A stretch of 64,000 nt of DNA from a virus. Position 1 is the first letter of the stretch; each line of letters starts with the position of its first letter. Below, one piece after another: positions 20,031 through 29,880 of the stretch. Position numbers and translations under genes: made by a program. The notes below the pieces were generated by a model that searched no databases, was not told the origin of the DNA, and saw only the letters and a program-made list of their open reading frames with translations. The stretch covers positions 1-64,000 of the IMG/VR virus record IMGVR_UViG_3300031857_000053; one strand, written 5' to 3'.

Positions 20031-20260
20031 TGGCTATAGTTACTATAGATAGTATAAAACATAAGGTTTACAAAAAAACTAATAAAATAGGTAAAGGTAA
20101 ACCTGGTGATATCATGGTAAATCATTCCAATAAAGATAAAGGTAAGTGGGATACTATAAATTTAACTAAGAAAGCAGGAGCTAAAACTATAAAACAAGGA
20201 TTAGCAGCTACTAAAAAATGGCATAAGGATAATCCTTATAATACTAAAAAGAAAAAATAA
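20030..20260 (+). CDS. small basic protein
   Basis: 76 aa, Lys-rich, translationally coupled to the previous ORF. Confidence 0.6.
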   Translation: MAIVTIDSIKHKVYKKTNKIGKGKPGDIMVNHSNKDKGKWDTINLTKKAGAKTIKQGLAATKKWHKDNPYNTKKKK

Positions 20261-20273
20261 TATAATAATATCT

Positions 20274-20438
20274 ATGAAAGCTAAAGGTAAAAAAGTTAAA
20301 AAGATGGCCATGGGTGGATCAAATTTAAAAGCTGTAAATCCATCTAAAAATCCAGGATTGGCTAAACTTCCTACAGAAGTAAGAAACAATATGGGTTACA
20401 AGAAAAAAGGTGGTATTATAAAAGCTAAGAAAAAGTAA
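20274..20438 (+). CDS. small basic protein (54 aa, not in ORF track)
   Basis: MKAKGKKVKKMAMGGSNLKAVNPSKNPGLAKLPTEVRNNMGYKKKGGIIKAKKK*; ends 1 nt before the next ATG. Confidence 0.7.
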   Translation: MKAKGKKVKKMAMGGSNLKAVNPSKNPGLAKLPTEVRNNMGYKKKGGIIKAKKK

Positions 20439-20439
20439 T

Positions 20440-20721
20440 ATGGCAAAGACAGCTGCTTGGCAACGTAAAGCGGGTAAAGATCCTAAAGGAGGACTTAATG
20501 CTAAAGGAGTAGCTTCATATAGAGCAGCTAATCCTGGTAGTAAGTTACAGACTGCTGTTACTACTAAACCATCTAAACTTGATCCCGATAGCAAAGCTGC
20601 TAAAAGAAGAAAAAGCTTTTGTTCTAGAATGAGTGGGATGAAAAAAAAGCTTACAAGTTCAAAGACAGCTAATGATCCTAATAGTAGGATTAATAAGTCT
20701 TTAAGAAAGTGGAATTGTTAA
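20440..20721 (+). CDS. small basic protein (DUF6321-like)
   Basis: KGGLNAKGVASYRAANPGSKLQTAVT...RRKSFCSRMSG...SRINKSLRKWNC, a family common in environmental phages. Confidence 0.7.
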   Translation: MAKTAAWQRKAGKDPKGGLNAKGVASYRAANPGSKLQTAVTTKPSKLDPDSKAAKRRKSFCSRMSGMKKKLTSSKTANDPNSRINKSLRKWNC

Positions 20722-20737
20722 CTTTAAAAAATAAATT

Positions 20738-20920
20738 ATGAAAGCAAAAAAAATGATGGCAAAAGGTGGTTCTTTAAAAAAAGCTAAAATGGGTATGGGT
20801 GTTTATGGATCAGGATCTGATATGTCTAGTTCTATGATGGCAAAAGGTGGATCTAAAAAAAGTAAAACTATGTATAGAAAAGGTGGAGCAACATCTAAGA
20901 TGAAAAAAGGTGGATGTTAA
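20738..20920 (+). CDS. Met/Lys/Gly-rich peptide made of tandem xxKGG motifs
   Basis: 60 aa: MAKGG, AKMGM, MAKGG, YRKGG, MKKGG. Confidence 0.65.
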   Translation: MKAKKMMAKGGSLKKAKMGMGVYGSGSDMSSSMMAKGGSKKSKTMYRKGGATSKMKKGGC

Positions 20921-20936
20921 GTCTAAAAAAATAGTT

Positions 20937-21293
20937 ATGAGAAAAATAATAAAGAGTAAAAGTAAAAAACTTGCTAAAGCTAATTATGGTATGGCAATTA
21001 CAGGTGATAAAAATAAAACATTTGTAGGTACTGGTACACAAGCAAGATGGACTGAAGATAGTGTTAAAAAATCAAAAAGTAAATATCCTCAATTTTCTAA
21101 AGAAATAGATGAAGCTTTTACTAATCAAACTAAAAGAGATCAAGCTAAAGCCGATGCAGAAATAGCAAGAGCAAATGCGGCTAAGAAAAAAGCTGCTGCT
21201 ACTCCTACTGTTACACAAAAATATGGTGGAGGTATGTATAAAAAAGGTGGAGCAGCTAATAAAGCAAAAATGATTTACAAAAAAAAGAAGTAA
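20937..21293 (+). CDS. small basic protein
   Basis: ATG at 20937 (in frame with track ORF 20910) is the more likely start; ANYGM, QKYGG and YKKGG motifs. Confidence 0.6.
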   Translation: MRKIIKSKSKKLAKANYGMAITGDKNKTFVGTGTQARWTEDSVKKSKSKYPQFSKEIDEAFTNQTKRDQAKADAEIARANAAKKKAAATPTVTQKYGGGMYKKGGAANKAKMIYKKKK

Positions 21294-21295
21294 TC

Positions 21296-21481
21296 ATGGC
21301 AAAGAATTGGATTCAAGGAGCTATTAAAAATCCTGGTGCTTTTAAAGCTAAAGCTAAAAAAGCGGGTATGTCAACCGCAGCTTTTGCTAATAAAGTTACA
21401 AAAAAAGGATCTAAAGCTAGTACTACAACAAAGCGTCAAGCTAATTTAGCTAAGACTCTTAGAAAGATGAATAAAAAATAA
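21296..21481 (+). CDS. small basic protein
   Basis: 61 aa, NWIQGAIKNPGAF...KRQANLAKTLRKM. Confidence 0.65.
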   Translation: MAKNWIQGAIKNPGAFKAKAKKAGMSTAAFANKVTKKGSKASTTTKRQANLAKTLRKMNKK

Positions 21482-21483
21482 AT

Positions 21484-22188
21484 ATGAATAACGCTACTAT
21501 ACAACTTAAGATTAGGCAACGACTTAATAAACTTGCTAGCAATGACTATGATAACATAGAGTGCTGGCAAGTTGTCGAAGCTTTTAATAAAGGTCAAGTA
21601 GAGTGGTGCCGTAGAAATCTTCATGGTACTAATGCCAAACAAGAAGGAGATGAACAATCAAAAAGAAGAATAGATGATCTTCAAAAGTTATTAATACAAG
21701 TTCCTGTAACTTTAACTAATAAATCTTTATATTTTGAATCTCCAGATATACCAGATGATTACTTTGAATATAAAAGAATATCAGTATATGCAACAAATGA
21801 TTGCTGCGATAAACCTAGAAGGATGGTTATTTATTTAGCTGAAGAAGCCAATGTAGATGAGCTTCTTCGAGATGTCAATAAAAAACCAAGTTTTGAATGG
21901 GCTGAGACTTTTGCTACTTTTACTAATAACAGATTTAGAGTCTATACTAATAATGACTTTACTGTAACAGATACAATTTTACATTATTATAGACAACCTG
22001 TAAGGATTCAAATATTAAATTGTGTAGATCCATATACTCAAACAGTTAGTACTGTAGATGTTGAATGTGAGTTTAAAGATGATATTGTAGAATTATTTAT
22101 AGATGAAGCAGTTTCTATTCTTGCTGGTGATATTGAGTCAATTAACCAAATGTTAAGAGCTGATCAATCTGTTGAAACAAATAACTAA
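21484..22188 (+). CDS. tail ring / head-tail connector protein
   Basis: 234 aa; LNKLASN...EAFNKGQ...EQSKRRIDDLQKL...HYYRQP...IVELFIDEAV pattern of crAss-like ring proteins. Confidence 0.65.
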   Translation: MNNATIQLKIRQRLNKLASNDYDNIECWQVVEAFNKGQVEWCRRNLHGTNAKQEGDEQSKRRIDDLQKLLIQVPVTLTNKSLYFESPDIPDDYFEYKRISVYATNDCCDKPRRMVIYLAEEANVDELLRDVNKKPSFEWAETFATFTNNRFRVYTNNDFTVTDTILHYYRQPVRIQILNCVDPYTQTVSTVDVECEFKDDIVELFIDEAVSILAGDIESINQMLRADQSVETNN

Positions 22189-22195
22189 AAAAAAA

Positions 22196-22239
22196 TTTGC
22201 TTTGAATAAAAAAATTAATTATATTATAAACTATATTTG
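22196..22239 (+). promoter_or_regulatory. Bacteroidota-type promoter region
   Basis: TTTG at 22196-22199 plus N20 plus TATATTAT at 22220-22227; a consensus TATATTTG also occurs at 22232-22239. Confidence 0.5.
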
Positions 22240-22261
22240 TATAACCCTTAAAAACTAAATT

Positions 22262-23860
22262 ATGTCTTATTTCAATCATGCTTTTACAAAGCGCTTTCTA
22301 GGAACTGGTGTTACTAGAAATCTTGCAAGTACAGGTGCTGCCCAAAGTATTGGAAATCCTTATTCAACAGATGGATTCATTACTACAGCTAGTGTACCTA
22401 GTGTTACTTTAACACAACTTTCATCTAACAGTGGAACTTTACCTGTAATTGGGTATTATGGTTTCTTTGATCCTAGAAGTTTTACAAGTGTCAATTCGGC
22501 TACTGTTACTCCAGGTTGTCCACTTATCTTAGCTAGTACTTCGTTACTACGTGATGATAAAATTGGTCCTTTTCATGGAGGTTATAAAGAAACTAACAAA
22601 TCTAAGATTATTAATCCTAAATATGTTAGTAGAGTTTATCGCGTTGACTCTTGTGAACCACAACAAACTGCTATCTCAATTGGAAATACTCCTTATACAG
22701 ATGATCGTATAGCTAGTATTATTACTAATACAGCAGGTGCATCTATTGTTGATGGTACTTATGATAATCTTATTACTGCTGGTGGTACTGGTACTGGAGC
22801 AATTGTTACTGTAGTTGTTTCTGGTGGTAATGTAATTTTAGTTACATTAGTTAATGGTGGAACTGGATATACTAATGGTGATATTCTTACTTTAGTTAAT
22901 CCTCTTCCAACTGTTGGAGCTGGTACTCAACCTGATTTTGAAGTAACTTCAGTTACTTTAGCTGCTAATTGCTGTAGAGAATTCTTATGTGATGAAACAT
23001 ATTATTTACGTGTAGATGTAAAAGGTTCTCCTGCTTTACGCGCTTTAAATCATAATGCTTATCAAACAGTTTCTGCTTACACAGGATGTTGTTCTGGTCC
23101 TACACCAACTGCTGTAGATTCTACTACAGTATTTATTCAGTGGGCTGAACAAATTACAACAACAGCATATCTTAAAGATTTTGTTTTTGCTGTAGTTTAT
23201 GATGAATCAGGTGTTGCATGGTTTGCTCCAGGAACTACTGTAGATCCAGATGGTGTAGCTGTAAATGCTACTCAATGGTGGAGTAATTATGTTTCTCCAG
23301 GACATGTAAATGGTGAGTGCGCTGGTCTTCGTTTATTTGGAGCTTATGTAGAGACTAGATTTGGTAACTGTTCTTTCCAAGTAACAGATTTCTTTGAAAA
23401 AGAGCCGGTTAAAATCCTTGCTTCTTTAGTTGATTATACAGGAGATCCTTGTATTTTTGAAGGACTTTGTGTTGTTGAAGAGTGTCCAGGTTTACAAGGT
23501 AATGGTTTTGGAGAACAAGTTCTTCGTGACTTTATCTTATCTGAATCTTATTTACAGAACTTCTTCCACAGTGATATCCGTATTAGAGAGATCACTCAAG
23601 GAGATGATATCTTAAATGCGATTGATAGAAATGCGCTTTATACTCGTTATTATATTCAACATAATGTACCTCGTTTCAATAATCCATCTGGAGTATTTGA
23701 TAATGATCAGTATATGTTAGAGATTATTACTGATAATGCTAATGCTGCATTAGAAACTTTTATTGGAACTTGGTTAGGTAATTTTGCCCCATGCGAAGGA
23801 ATTGAAGAATTTTCTTGTGGTGAATGTACTGTTCCTCCAATTCAACCAGTAATACTATAA
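22262..23860 (+). CDS. abundant structural protein (auxiliary capsid protein-like)
   Basis: 532 aa, bracketed by its own promoter and terminator; position matches the crAss auxiliary capsid gene; contains an inserted GGTGTGA...NGGTGYTNGDILT domain. Confidence 0.5.
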   Translation: MSYFNHAFTKRFLGTGVTRNLASTGAAQSIGNPYSTDGFITTASVPSVTLTQLSSNSGTLPVIGYYGFFDPRSFTSVNSATVTPGCPLILASTSLLRDDKIGPFHGGYKETNKSKIINPKYVSRVYRVDSCEPQQTAISIGNTPYTDDRIASIITNTAGASIVDGTYDNLITAGGTGTGAIVTVVVSGGNVILVTLVNGGTGYTNGDILTLVNPLPTVGAGTQPDFEVTSVTLAANCCREFLCDETYYLRVDVKGSPALRALNHNAYQTVSAYTGCCSGPTPTAVDSTTVFIQWAEQITTTAYLKDFVFAVVYDESGVAWFAPGTTVDPDGVAVNATQWWSNYVSPGHVNGECAGLRLFGAYVETRFGNCSFQVTDFFEKEPVKILASLVDYTGDPCIFEGLCVVEECPGLQGNGFGEQVLRDFILSESYLQNFFHSDIRIREITQGDDILNAIDRNALYTRYYIQHNVPRFNNPSGVFDNDQYMLEIITDNANAALETFIGTWLGNFAPCEGIEEFSCGECTVPPIQPVIL

Positions 23861-23878
23861 TTACTAGTACTTAACTAG

Positions 23879-23922
23879 AAAAAAAAGGGAGAAGGAGGGT
23901 AACTTCTTCTCCTCTTTTTTTA
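23879..23922. terminator. Rho-independent terminator, possibly bidirectional
   Basis: A tract, stem GGAGAAGGAG (23888-97) / CTTCTTCTCC (23903-12), loop GGTAA, then a T tract. Confidence 0.85.
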
Positions 23923-23945
23923 TAATCACATTAATATAATTAGCA

Positions 23946-24500
23946 ATGAGTCAACATGTATTAAGTCTTGAAGCACCAGATACAATGAATAAGTCAATTT
24001 TAAGACTTATTGATACTAGTGTTTATAATAGTCAAATTCTTGTAAAGTGTCCTTTATTACAGATAACTTTACCGGGATTCTCTACTCCTGCTAATTTTAC
24101 AGAACAAAGCTTTCAACCTGGATTTACACTTAACTTAACAGCTTGTGATCTTGGAGTTCAATCTACTGGGTGTGGAACTACTTATGTAGATCTTCCGGAT
24201 GGGATTTACATTATTAGATATAGTGTTTCACCAAATGATTTAGTTTATGTAGAGTATAATCATTTGCGTATAACATCTGCTTTAAATAAATATAACGGTC
24301 TTCTTTGTGATCTTGATGTTGCAGCTTGTGATCCACCAGTTGAAGTAAAAGATAAACTTAATTCTTTGAGAATGATAAAGATGTATTTAGATGCGGCTAA
24401 AGCAAAAGTAGAATTTTGTCATGAGCCTACAAAAGGAATGCAGCTTTATAATTATGCGGTAAAACTTTTAGATAAAATGGATTGTTATTCTTGCAGATAA
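23946..24500 (+). CDS. tail hub-like structural protein
   Basis: 184 aa; LPDGIYIIRYSVSP motif and helical C-terminus; crAss tail-module synteny. Confidence 0.55.
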   Translation: MSQHVLSLEAPDTMNKSILRLIDTSVYNSQILVKCPLLQITLPGFSTPANFTEQSFQPGFTLNLTACDLGVQSTGCGTTYVDLPDGIYIIRYSVSPNDLVYVEYNHLRITSALNKYNGLLCDLDVAACDPPVEVKDKLNSLRMIKMYLDAAKAKVEFCHEPTKGMQLYNYAVKLLDKMDCYSCR

Positions 24501-24519
24501 ATAATTAAAACCAACAAAT

Positions 24520-24708
24520 ATGCAGTGTCCTAATTGTAAAACTCCATGTGTAGGCTGCGCTGGAGCTAAAATTGTAAAAGCCTCAAATGGTGCAACTGTT
24601 TGTACAAGATGTATAGGAGCTTATGAGCTTAAGATCAAAACAGTTCAACCTACAAATACACAACCAACTAATGTTAATGTTAGTTATACTCCACCACAAA
24701 AACCATAA
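24520..24708 (+). CDS. small Cys-rich protein
   Basis: CPNCKTPCVGC...CTRC. Confidence 0.55.
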   Translation: MQCPNCKTPCVGCAGAKIVKASNGATVCTRCIGAYELKIKTVQPTNTQPTNVNVSYTPPQKP

Positions 24709-24711
24709 ACA

Positions 24712-27102
24712 ATGGCTATTCAATCAAAAACATATGCGGTTGGTAATGATGCTTCAGTAAGAAGATTAGATAATCTTACAGGTTCTTGGATAGATGTAAG
24801 TGTTTCAAATACATTTCCAGAAGCTTGTAATGTTACTCTTTTAGATGTTGAAACTGTTCCAAGTAACGCAGATATTGTTTTTGTTGTTGGTGTAGTAACT
24901 TTAAGTTGTACAGGTGGTGGTAAAGAATTAGGTATTTATGTTTCTTATAATGCTGGAGTTACTTGGACAAAACCAGCTGGAAATTATACTAGTCTTTCAT
25001 TATCTCCAGCTGTTGATGTTTGGCAAGAAGTAAGTGTAGTAGATATAAATAATATTTTTATATGTGGTCCAAATGGGATTGTATTAAAGAGTACTGATGG
25101 TGGTCTTACTTTTAATGTTACTACACAAATACCAAGTGAAGATTTAACTTCAATTCACTTTATTAGTCCTTTAGTAGGTGTTGTAGGAACTATTGACGAT
25201 AATGTTTATAAAACAACTAACGGTGGTTTAAGTTGGACTCATCTTAATTCAACATCACCTATAAGTGGAACACCAAGTAATTCTATTACTGGTATTCATA
25301 TTTCAACTAATCAACAAACTATTGTTGCTCTAGGAATTTTTTATATATATGTATCAGTTAATGGAGGTTTAACTTTTACTCAAAAATGGGTTTGGGCTAA
25401 ATCTGGTATACATTTAACATGGACTGATGATTTAAATTTATGGGCAACAGGTGCTGAAGATAATAGACTTAAATCAATAGATGGTGGACTTACTTGGTTA
25501 ATAGTAACTAATTTGAATCCAGGATCTCCAGCTATTTTTGCTGAACACTTTTATTTAGTAAATCAAGGTTTTTTTGCAAGTGCAGTAAATGTATATCAAA
25601 CTTTTGATGGTTCTTTTACAGGAGTATTATCAGAAGTATCTACAACTAAAACAACTTATGCAATTTGGACTAACTATCAAGAAGTTTGTTTTGCATTAGA
25701 AGCTGCAGATTGTGATCCAGATTCTCCAGTTCAAACTCTTTATGTTACTAATGATCTTTCAGCTTATATAGGACAAACTATAAAAATATGTCCAGAAGAT
25801 ATCCCAGCGTTACCTGGTGGTATAGGTAATGGAATACCAATTTTTATAGATCCTTTAGATCAAGGTAATCAAGAATTTACTCTTACAAATTGTTGTGATC
25901 CTTTAGATATTATTACTATTCAAAACAATTTTGGATCATATCAAGGATCAGTAGTTAGTATTCCAGCTCTTGGAAACAAGTGTTGGTATGTAGAAAAAGA
26001 ACTACAAATAGGAGGATCTTATGTAGGTTTTATAAATCTTTCTGGGGGAACTCTTTATACAGATTGTACAAATTGTACCGATAATTTTCCTTGTGTAAAT
26101 TTTCCAGTACTAGATCAATGTAGATGTTTTGTAATATCAGAATCACCAGATTGTGGAGAAGCTATTACACTTTTAAATGTTTCTACACCTTTTCCAACTT
26201 GTGATGAATGTTTAGGAATAGCGCCTAATTGTTATACATTAACAGATTGTTCAGATTCAAATAATTTCTTTGTAACAAATGATCCTTCGGTGGTAGATTA
26301 TGAAGGTTTAATTGTTACTTTACAAGGATGTCCTGATATTTGCTACATTGTAACTTTAAGTATTGAGTGTCCAGGAGTAAACTTATTACCTTCACCTATT
26401 TTAGAATCTTTTACTACTTGTGCAGAATGTAATCCAACTCCACTCCCAACTCCAGTACAACTTAGAAGTAGAATGGTTAAACCTGGTTATAATACACCCG
26501 GATGTTCTACTCAATATACTGAAAAGATAAGTTGTAATTTTGCCGAACAAGTGTTTGATGAAATGGCTATTAATAGATATGGTGTAACAATTTGTTGTGA
26601 TCATGATATGGCTAAGTGGGAAATTAAAAAAGATTTATTAGATCTTAAATCAATTTTAGATCCTAATTTTATTATACCCGGTCCAATTGTTTGTACTTGT
26701 TATTCCATTCAAGCTATTGTAAATACAATAACTTTTAGATATATAGATTGTGAAGGTTGTGCTACAACAATAACAGTTGCAGAAAATACTACAGAATATG
26801 TTTGTTCTCAATCTGCTATTGAACCAGTTTGTGCTCCAGTTAATTCTCAGTTTTTAATTATAAATTCAGAAACACCTTGTACAACAAATACCGATTGTGT
26901 TATTAGTTGTTTTTGTTATGCAATTGAGCCATCAAAATTTGGAGTTTATATTTCTTATTATAATTGTGATAATGACTATGTTGAACAAACAGTATTAAAT
27001 CCTACATATATTTGTGCTATTGAAAACACAGTTACAATTATATCTGGAACAGGTACTGTAGCAAATATTGGAGATTGCAGTAGTCCCGAGTGCTCTAAAT
27101 AA
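24712..27102 (+). CDS. tail protein with a BNR/Asp-box beta-propeller and Cys-rich repeats
   Basis: Asp-boxes SYNAGVTW, STDGGLTF, TTNGGLSW, SVNGGLTF, SIDGGLTW; repeated Cys modules (CFALEAADC, FTLTNCC, CYTLTDC...CxxC). Confidence 0.7.
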   Translation: MAIQSKTYAVGNDASVRRLDNLTGSWIDVSVSNTFPEACNVTLLDVETVPSNADIVFVVGVVTLSCTGGGKELGIYVSYNAGVTWTKPAGNYTSLSLSPAVDVWQEVSVVDINNIFICGPNGIVLKSTDGGLTFNVTTQIPSEDLTSIHFISPLVGVVGTIDDNVYKTTNGGLSWTHLNSTSPISGTPSNSITGIHISTNQQTIVALGIFYIYVSVNGGLTFTQKWVWAKSGIHLTWTDDLNLWATGAEDNRLKSIDGGLTWLIVTNLNPGSPAIFAEHFYLVNQGFFASAVNVYQTFDGSFTGVLSEVSTTKTTYAIWTNYQEVCFALEAADCDPDSPVQTLYVTNDLSAYIGQTIKICPEDIPALPGGIGNGIPIFIDPLDQGNQEFTLTNCCDPLDIITIQNNFGSYQGSVVSIPALGNKCWYVEKELQIGGSYVGFINLSGGTLYTDCTNCTDNFPCVNFPVLDQCRCFVISESPDCGEAITLLNVSTPFPTCDECLGIAPNCYTLTDCSDSNNFFVTNDPSVVDYEGLIVTLQGCPDICYIVTLSIECPGVNLLPSPILESFTTCAECNPTPLPTPVQLRSRMVKPGYNTPGCSTQYTEKISCNFAEQVFDEMAINRYGVTICCDHDMAKWEIKKDLLDLKSILDPNFIIPGPIVCTCYSIQAIVNTITFRYIDCEGCATTITVAENTTEYVCSQSAIEPVCAPVNSQFLIINSETPCTTNTDCVISCFCYAIEPSKFGVYISYYNCDNDYVEQTVLNPTYICAIENTVTIISGTGTVANIGDCSSPECSK

Positions 27103-27134
27103 ATTGTTAATGATTAAAATATTTTGTATATTAA
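27103..27134 (+). promoter_or_regulatory. promoter variant ATTG-N20-TATATTAA
   Basis: Same geometry as the sites at 4074, 5120 and 22196; 15 nt before the ATG at 27150. Confidence 0.4.
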
Positions 27135-27149
27135 TATAAAGAAATTAAG

Positions 27150-28625
27150 ATGAAACCTCTAAATATTGACAACCAAGGCTGCAATCCAATATCATCAAAT
27201 TGTGTAATCTGGCAAGGTCCGGATATTCCTTGTATTAAATTGTGTAAAGGAGACTCTATAAGTGATGTTACTTTTAAACTTGCAACTGAACTTTGTGAAG
27301 TATTACGTCAACTTGATATTTCTACTCTTGATTTAGATTGTTTTGATCCTAATAATTGTGGACCAGCAGATTTTCATGCTCTTCTTCAACTTATCATAAC
27401 TAAAGTATGTGCTCTTGAAAATACTACATCACCAACAAGAAGTCCAATAAATTGTCCAGATTGTATAGTTCCAATTGCTCCATGTTTTTATTATACTAAT
27501 GGAACTGGGGATACTGTTACTACGATGCAACTTGTAGATTATATTCAAGCAATAGGAAATAAGATTTGTGGATTACTTAATCAAATAACGATTATTAATC
27601 AAACTTTACAAAATTACGGAATTAGAATCACAGCTTTAGAAAATGAACCTGATCCTGTACTTGTACTTCCATCTTTTGTTCCTGCTTGTGTTATTACTAG
27701 TACAACTCCTATTTCAATTGAAATTATTCTTCAAGCTCTTGAAACAGCTTTTTGTAATTTACAAGGAGCTACAGGAAATCCAAGTCAAATATTAACTGCT
27801 ATTTCAGCTCAATGTCCAGACCTTAATAATCAACCTCAATTAAGTGGTCCTGGAGTAATGGGAACTATTCTTGGGTGGAACAATACAGTTTCTAATTTAT
27901 CTCAATCTATAACTAATCTTTGGTTAACTATATGTGATTTAAGAGCTGCTGTAACTAATATTAAACTTACTTGTTGTAATGAAGGATGTCAAGATATTCA
28001 AGTTACAATGTCTTCTTATTTAAGTGCTACAACTTTACATATTACTTTTAATGGTGTTATACCATTAGGATTTTTAGAGTGTGCTCCAGGTGTTACAACT
28101 TTTACTATTTCTGATCAGAGTGGTAATTTTATAGTTAGAACAGGAAATGTTATTGGTAATTTGAATACTCCAGGTGGATTATCTTATGATACAACTGGTC
28201 TTAATATATTAGATAATCTTACTATTACTGCAACTTTATGTTTAACTAATGTATCATTAGGTCAAACTTGTCAATATTATTTAAATCATATTTTAAATAG
28301 TACTAATTGTCCTACTATTATTTATACTCCAACTTATACAGAAATTAATTATACTGGTACAGTACCTACTGGATCTGCTACATATGATGTTAAGTTATAT
28401 GATGCTGCTGGAATAACTTTATTACAAAATAATTCAATATTCCTTGTAGGCCCTACAGCAATTACTGGATCTTTTACTGGTTTAACTTCTGGTACAAGTT
28501 ATAGAGTTTTAGTAACAGTTACTACTGGAACTAGTACATATGATTGTCCATGGGTATTATTAGCAACTCCATTAGCTCCTTGTACTCCTCCAACAGCTGT
28601 TAGTGGTTCAATAGGATTTATATAA
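27150..28625 (+). CDS. Cys-rich fibre/spike protein with coiled coils and an FN3-like C-terminus
   Basis: Repeated ..LxxIxxKxCxL helical units; FTGLTSGTSYRVLV is an FN3-like strand motif. Confidence 0.6.
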   Translation: MKPLNIDNQGCNPISSNCVIWQGPDIPCIKLCKGDSISDVTFKLATELCEVLRQLDISTLDLDCFDPNNCGPADFHALLQLIITKVCALENTTSPTRSPINCPDCIVPIAPCFYYTNGTGDTVTTMQLVDYIQAIGNKICGLLNQITIINQTLQNYGIRITALENEPDPVLVLPSFVPACVITSTTPISIEIILQALETAFCNLQGATGNPSQILTAISAQCPDLNNQPQLSGPGVMGTILGWNNTVSNLSQSITNLWLTICDLRAAVTNIKLTCCNEGCQDIQVTMSSYLSATTLHITFNGVIPLGFLECAPGVTTFTISDQSGNFIVRTGNVIGNLNTPGGLSYDTTGLNILDNLTITATLCLTNVSLGQTCQYYLNHILNSTNCPTIIYTPTYTEINYTGTVPTGSATYDVKLYDAAGITLLQNNSIFLVGPTAITGSFTGLTSGTSYRVLVTVTTGTSTYDCPWVLLATPLAPCTPPTAVSGSIGFI

Positions 28626-28636
28626 AATAAAAAATT

Positions 28637-29185
28637 ATGAGCAATTGTGTAAAATGTAAATGTGTAACTAGTCTTTGTGGATGTGAAGATGTAGCTTTAA
28701 CAACTAATTTAAATTGTCTACCACCTTGTCCTAATCCAGAACCTTGTGCTGAGACTTTTAGTGATTGTTGTATTATTCATAATAATGATTCTTATGTATA
28801 TATAACAGATGCAGATGATTTAACTTTTTCTGTTCTTCAAGGAGAAAGACTTTGTGATACCCTACAAAAATTAGTTGCAACAATATATGGCTCTTGTGAT
28901 TTTGATCTTCCGTATATCTATGGATTAAAATCAACAGCTGTAACTAGCTCTACAATTAATGTAGTATGGACACCTGTTCCTTTAGTTAGTTCATATACTG
29001 TATACTATACTACTGTAGCTGGAATGAGCTGGAGTAACTCTGGACCAATTACTGCTAATACATCACCTACATATACTATTACAGGTCTTACTCCTAATAC
29101 TCCTTACTATGTATATGTAACATATACCATTTCTGGTAAAGAAAGTTGTAGATCAGTTTCATTAATTATAACAACATTAAACTAA
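28637..29185 (+). CDS. Cys-rich protein with a fibronectin type III domain
   Basis: VTSSTINVVWTP...YTVYY...YTITGLTPNTPYYVYV is the FN3 signature. Confidence 0.7.
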   Translation: MSNCVKCKCVTSLCGCEDVALTTNLNCLPPCPNPEPCAETFSDCCIIHNNDSYVYITDADDLTFSVLQGERLCDTLQKLVATIYGSCDFDLPYIYGLKSTAVTSSTINVVWTPVPLVSSYTVYYTTVAGMSWSNSGPITANTSPTYTITGLTPNTPYYVYVTYTISGKESCRSVSLIITTLN

Positions 29186-29189
29186 TATT

Positions 29190-29876
29190 ATGTCTGCTAA
29201 TGCTATACTCACAATTAATTTTACATCTCAATATGCTGATGGATGTCATAGAGTTGTTTATTCAAAAAATAATCCTCTAGGTCCATTTACTACTGTAATT
29301 GTAAACTGTACACTAGGTATTGGTGTTGCTTGTTCTGAAACTATTTTACTTGTAGTTAATCCTGAAGATTGTACACCAGATATTTATTATGGATATGTAC
29401 AACCTTGTTGTGAAGAAGCAAGTTCACTTGCTGGAAGAGTATCTTGGGTAGCAATTGTTGCACCTACAAATTATCAATGTTTAAATTATAATTTTTTATG
29501 TGATAATCCAGTTGCACCAGGAGGACCTTGTGCTCCTTTTGTAATTACAGATTGTACATCTACTGTTGTCAATATACCAGCAGTTGCATTAGGTGATTCT
29601 ATTCAAGTATGTGTAGATGCAGCAACTTCTCCTATAAATGCAGAGTTTACTATAACAGGTGGAACAGATAGTTGTCTATGTGATTGTACTACTTATGAAA
29701 TAGATAACACTGATACTGATGCTCAAACTTATCAATATTTTGATTGTACTGGTGCATTAGTAGGACCTATTAATATTGTACCAGGTCCTCCAAATACCAT
29801 TTGTGCTTCCACAGGCACTGTTCAAGTAAGTGATCCATTAGTAACTATTACTGCGATTGTATCACCTTGCGCATAA
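29190..29876 (+). CDS. Cys-rich virion protein
   Basis: 228 aa with CxxYxxxN....YxDCxG......xxIC modules also seen in the ORF at 24712. Confidence 0.55.
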   Translation: MSANAILTINFTSQYADGCHRVVYSKNNPLGPFTTVIVNCTLGIGVACSETILLVVNPEDCTPDIYYGYVQPCCEEASSLAGRVSWVAIVAPTNYQCLNYNFLCDNPVAPGGPCAPFVITDCTSTVVNIPAVALGDSIQVCVDAATSPINAEFTITGGTDSCLCDCTTYEIDNTDTDAQTYQYFDCTGALVGPINIVPGPPNTICASTGTVQVSDPLVTITAIVSPCA

Positions 29877-29880
29877 AAAT

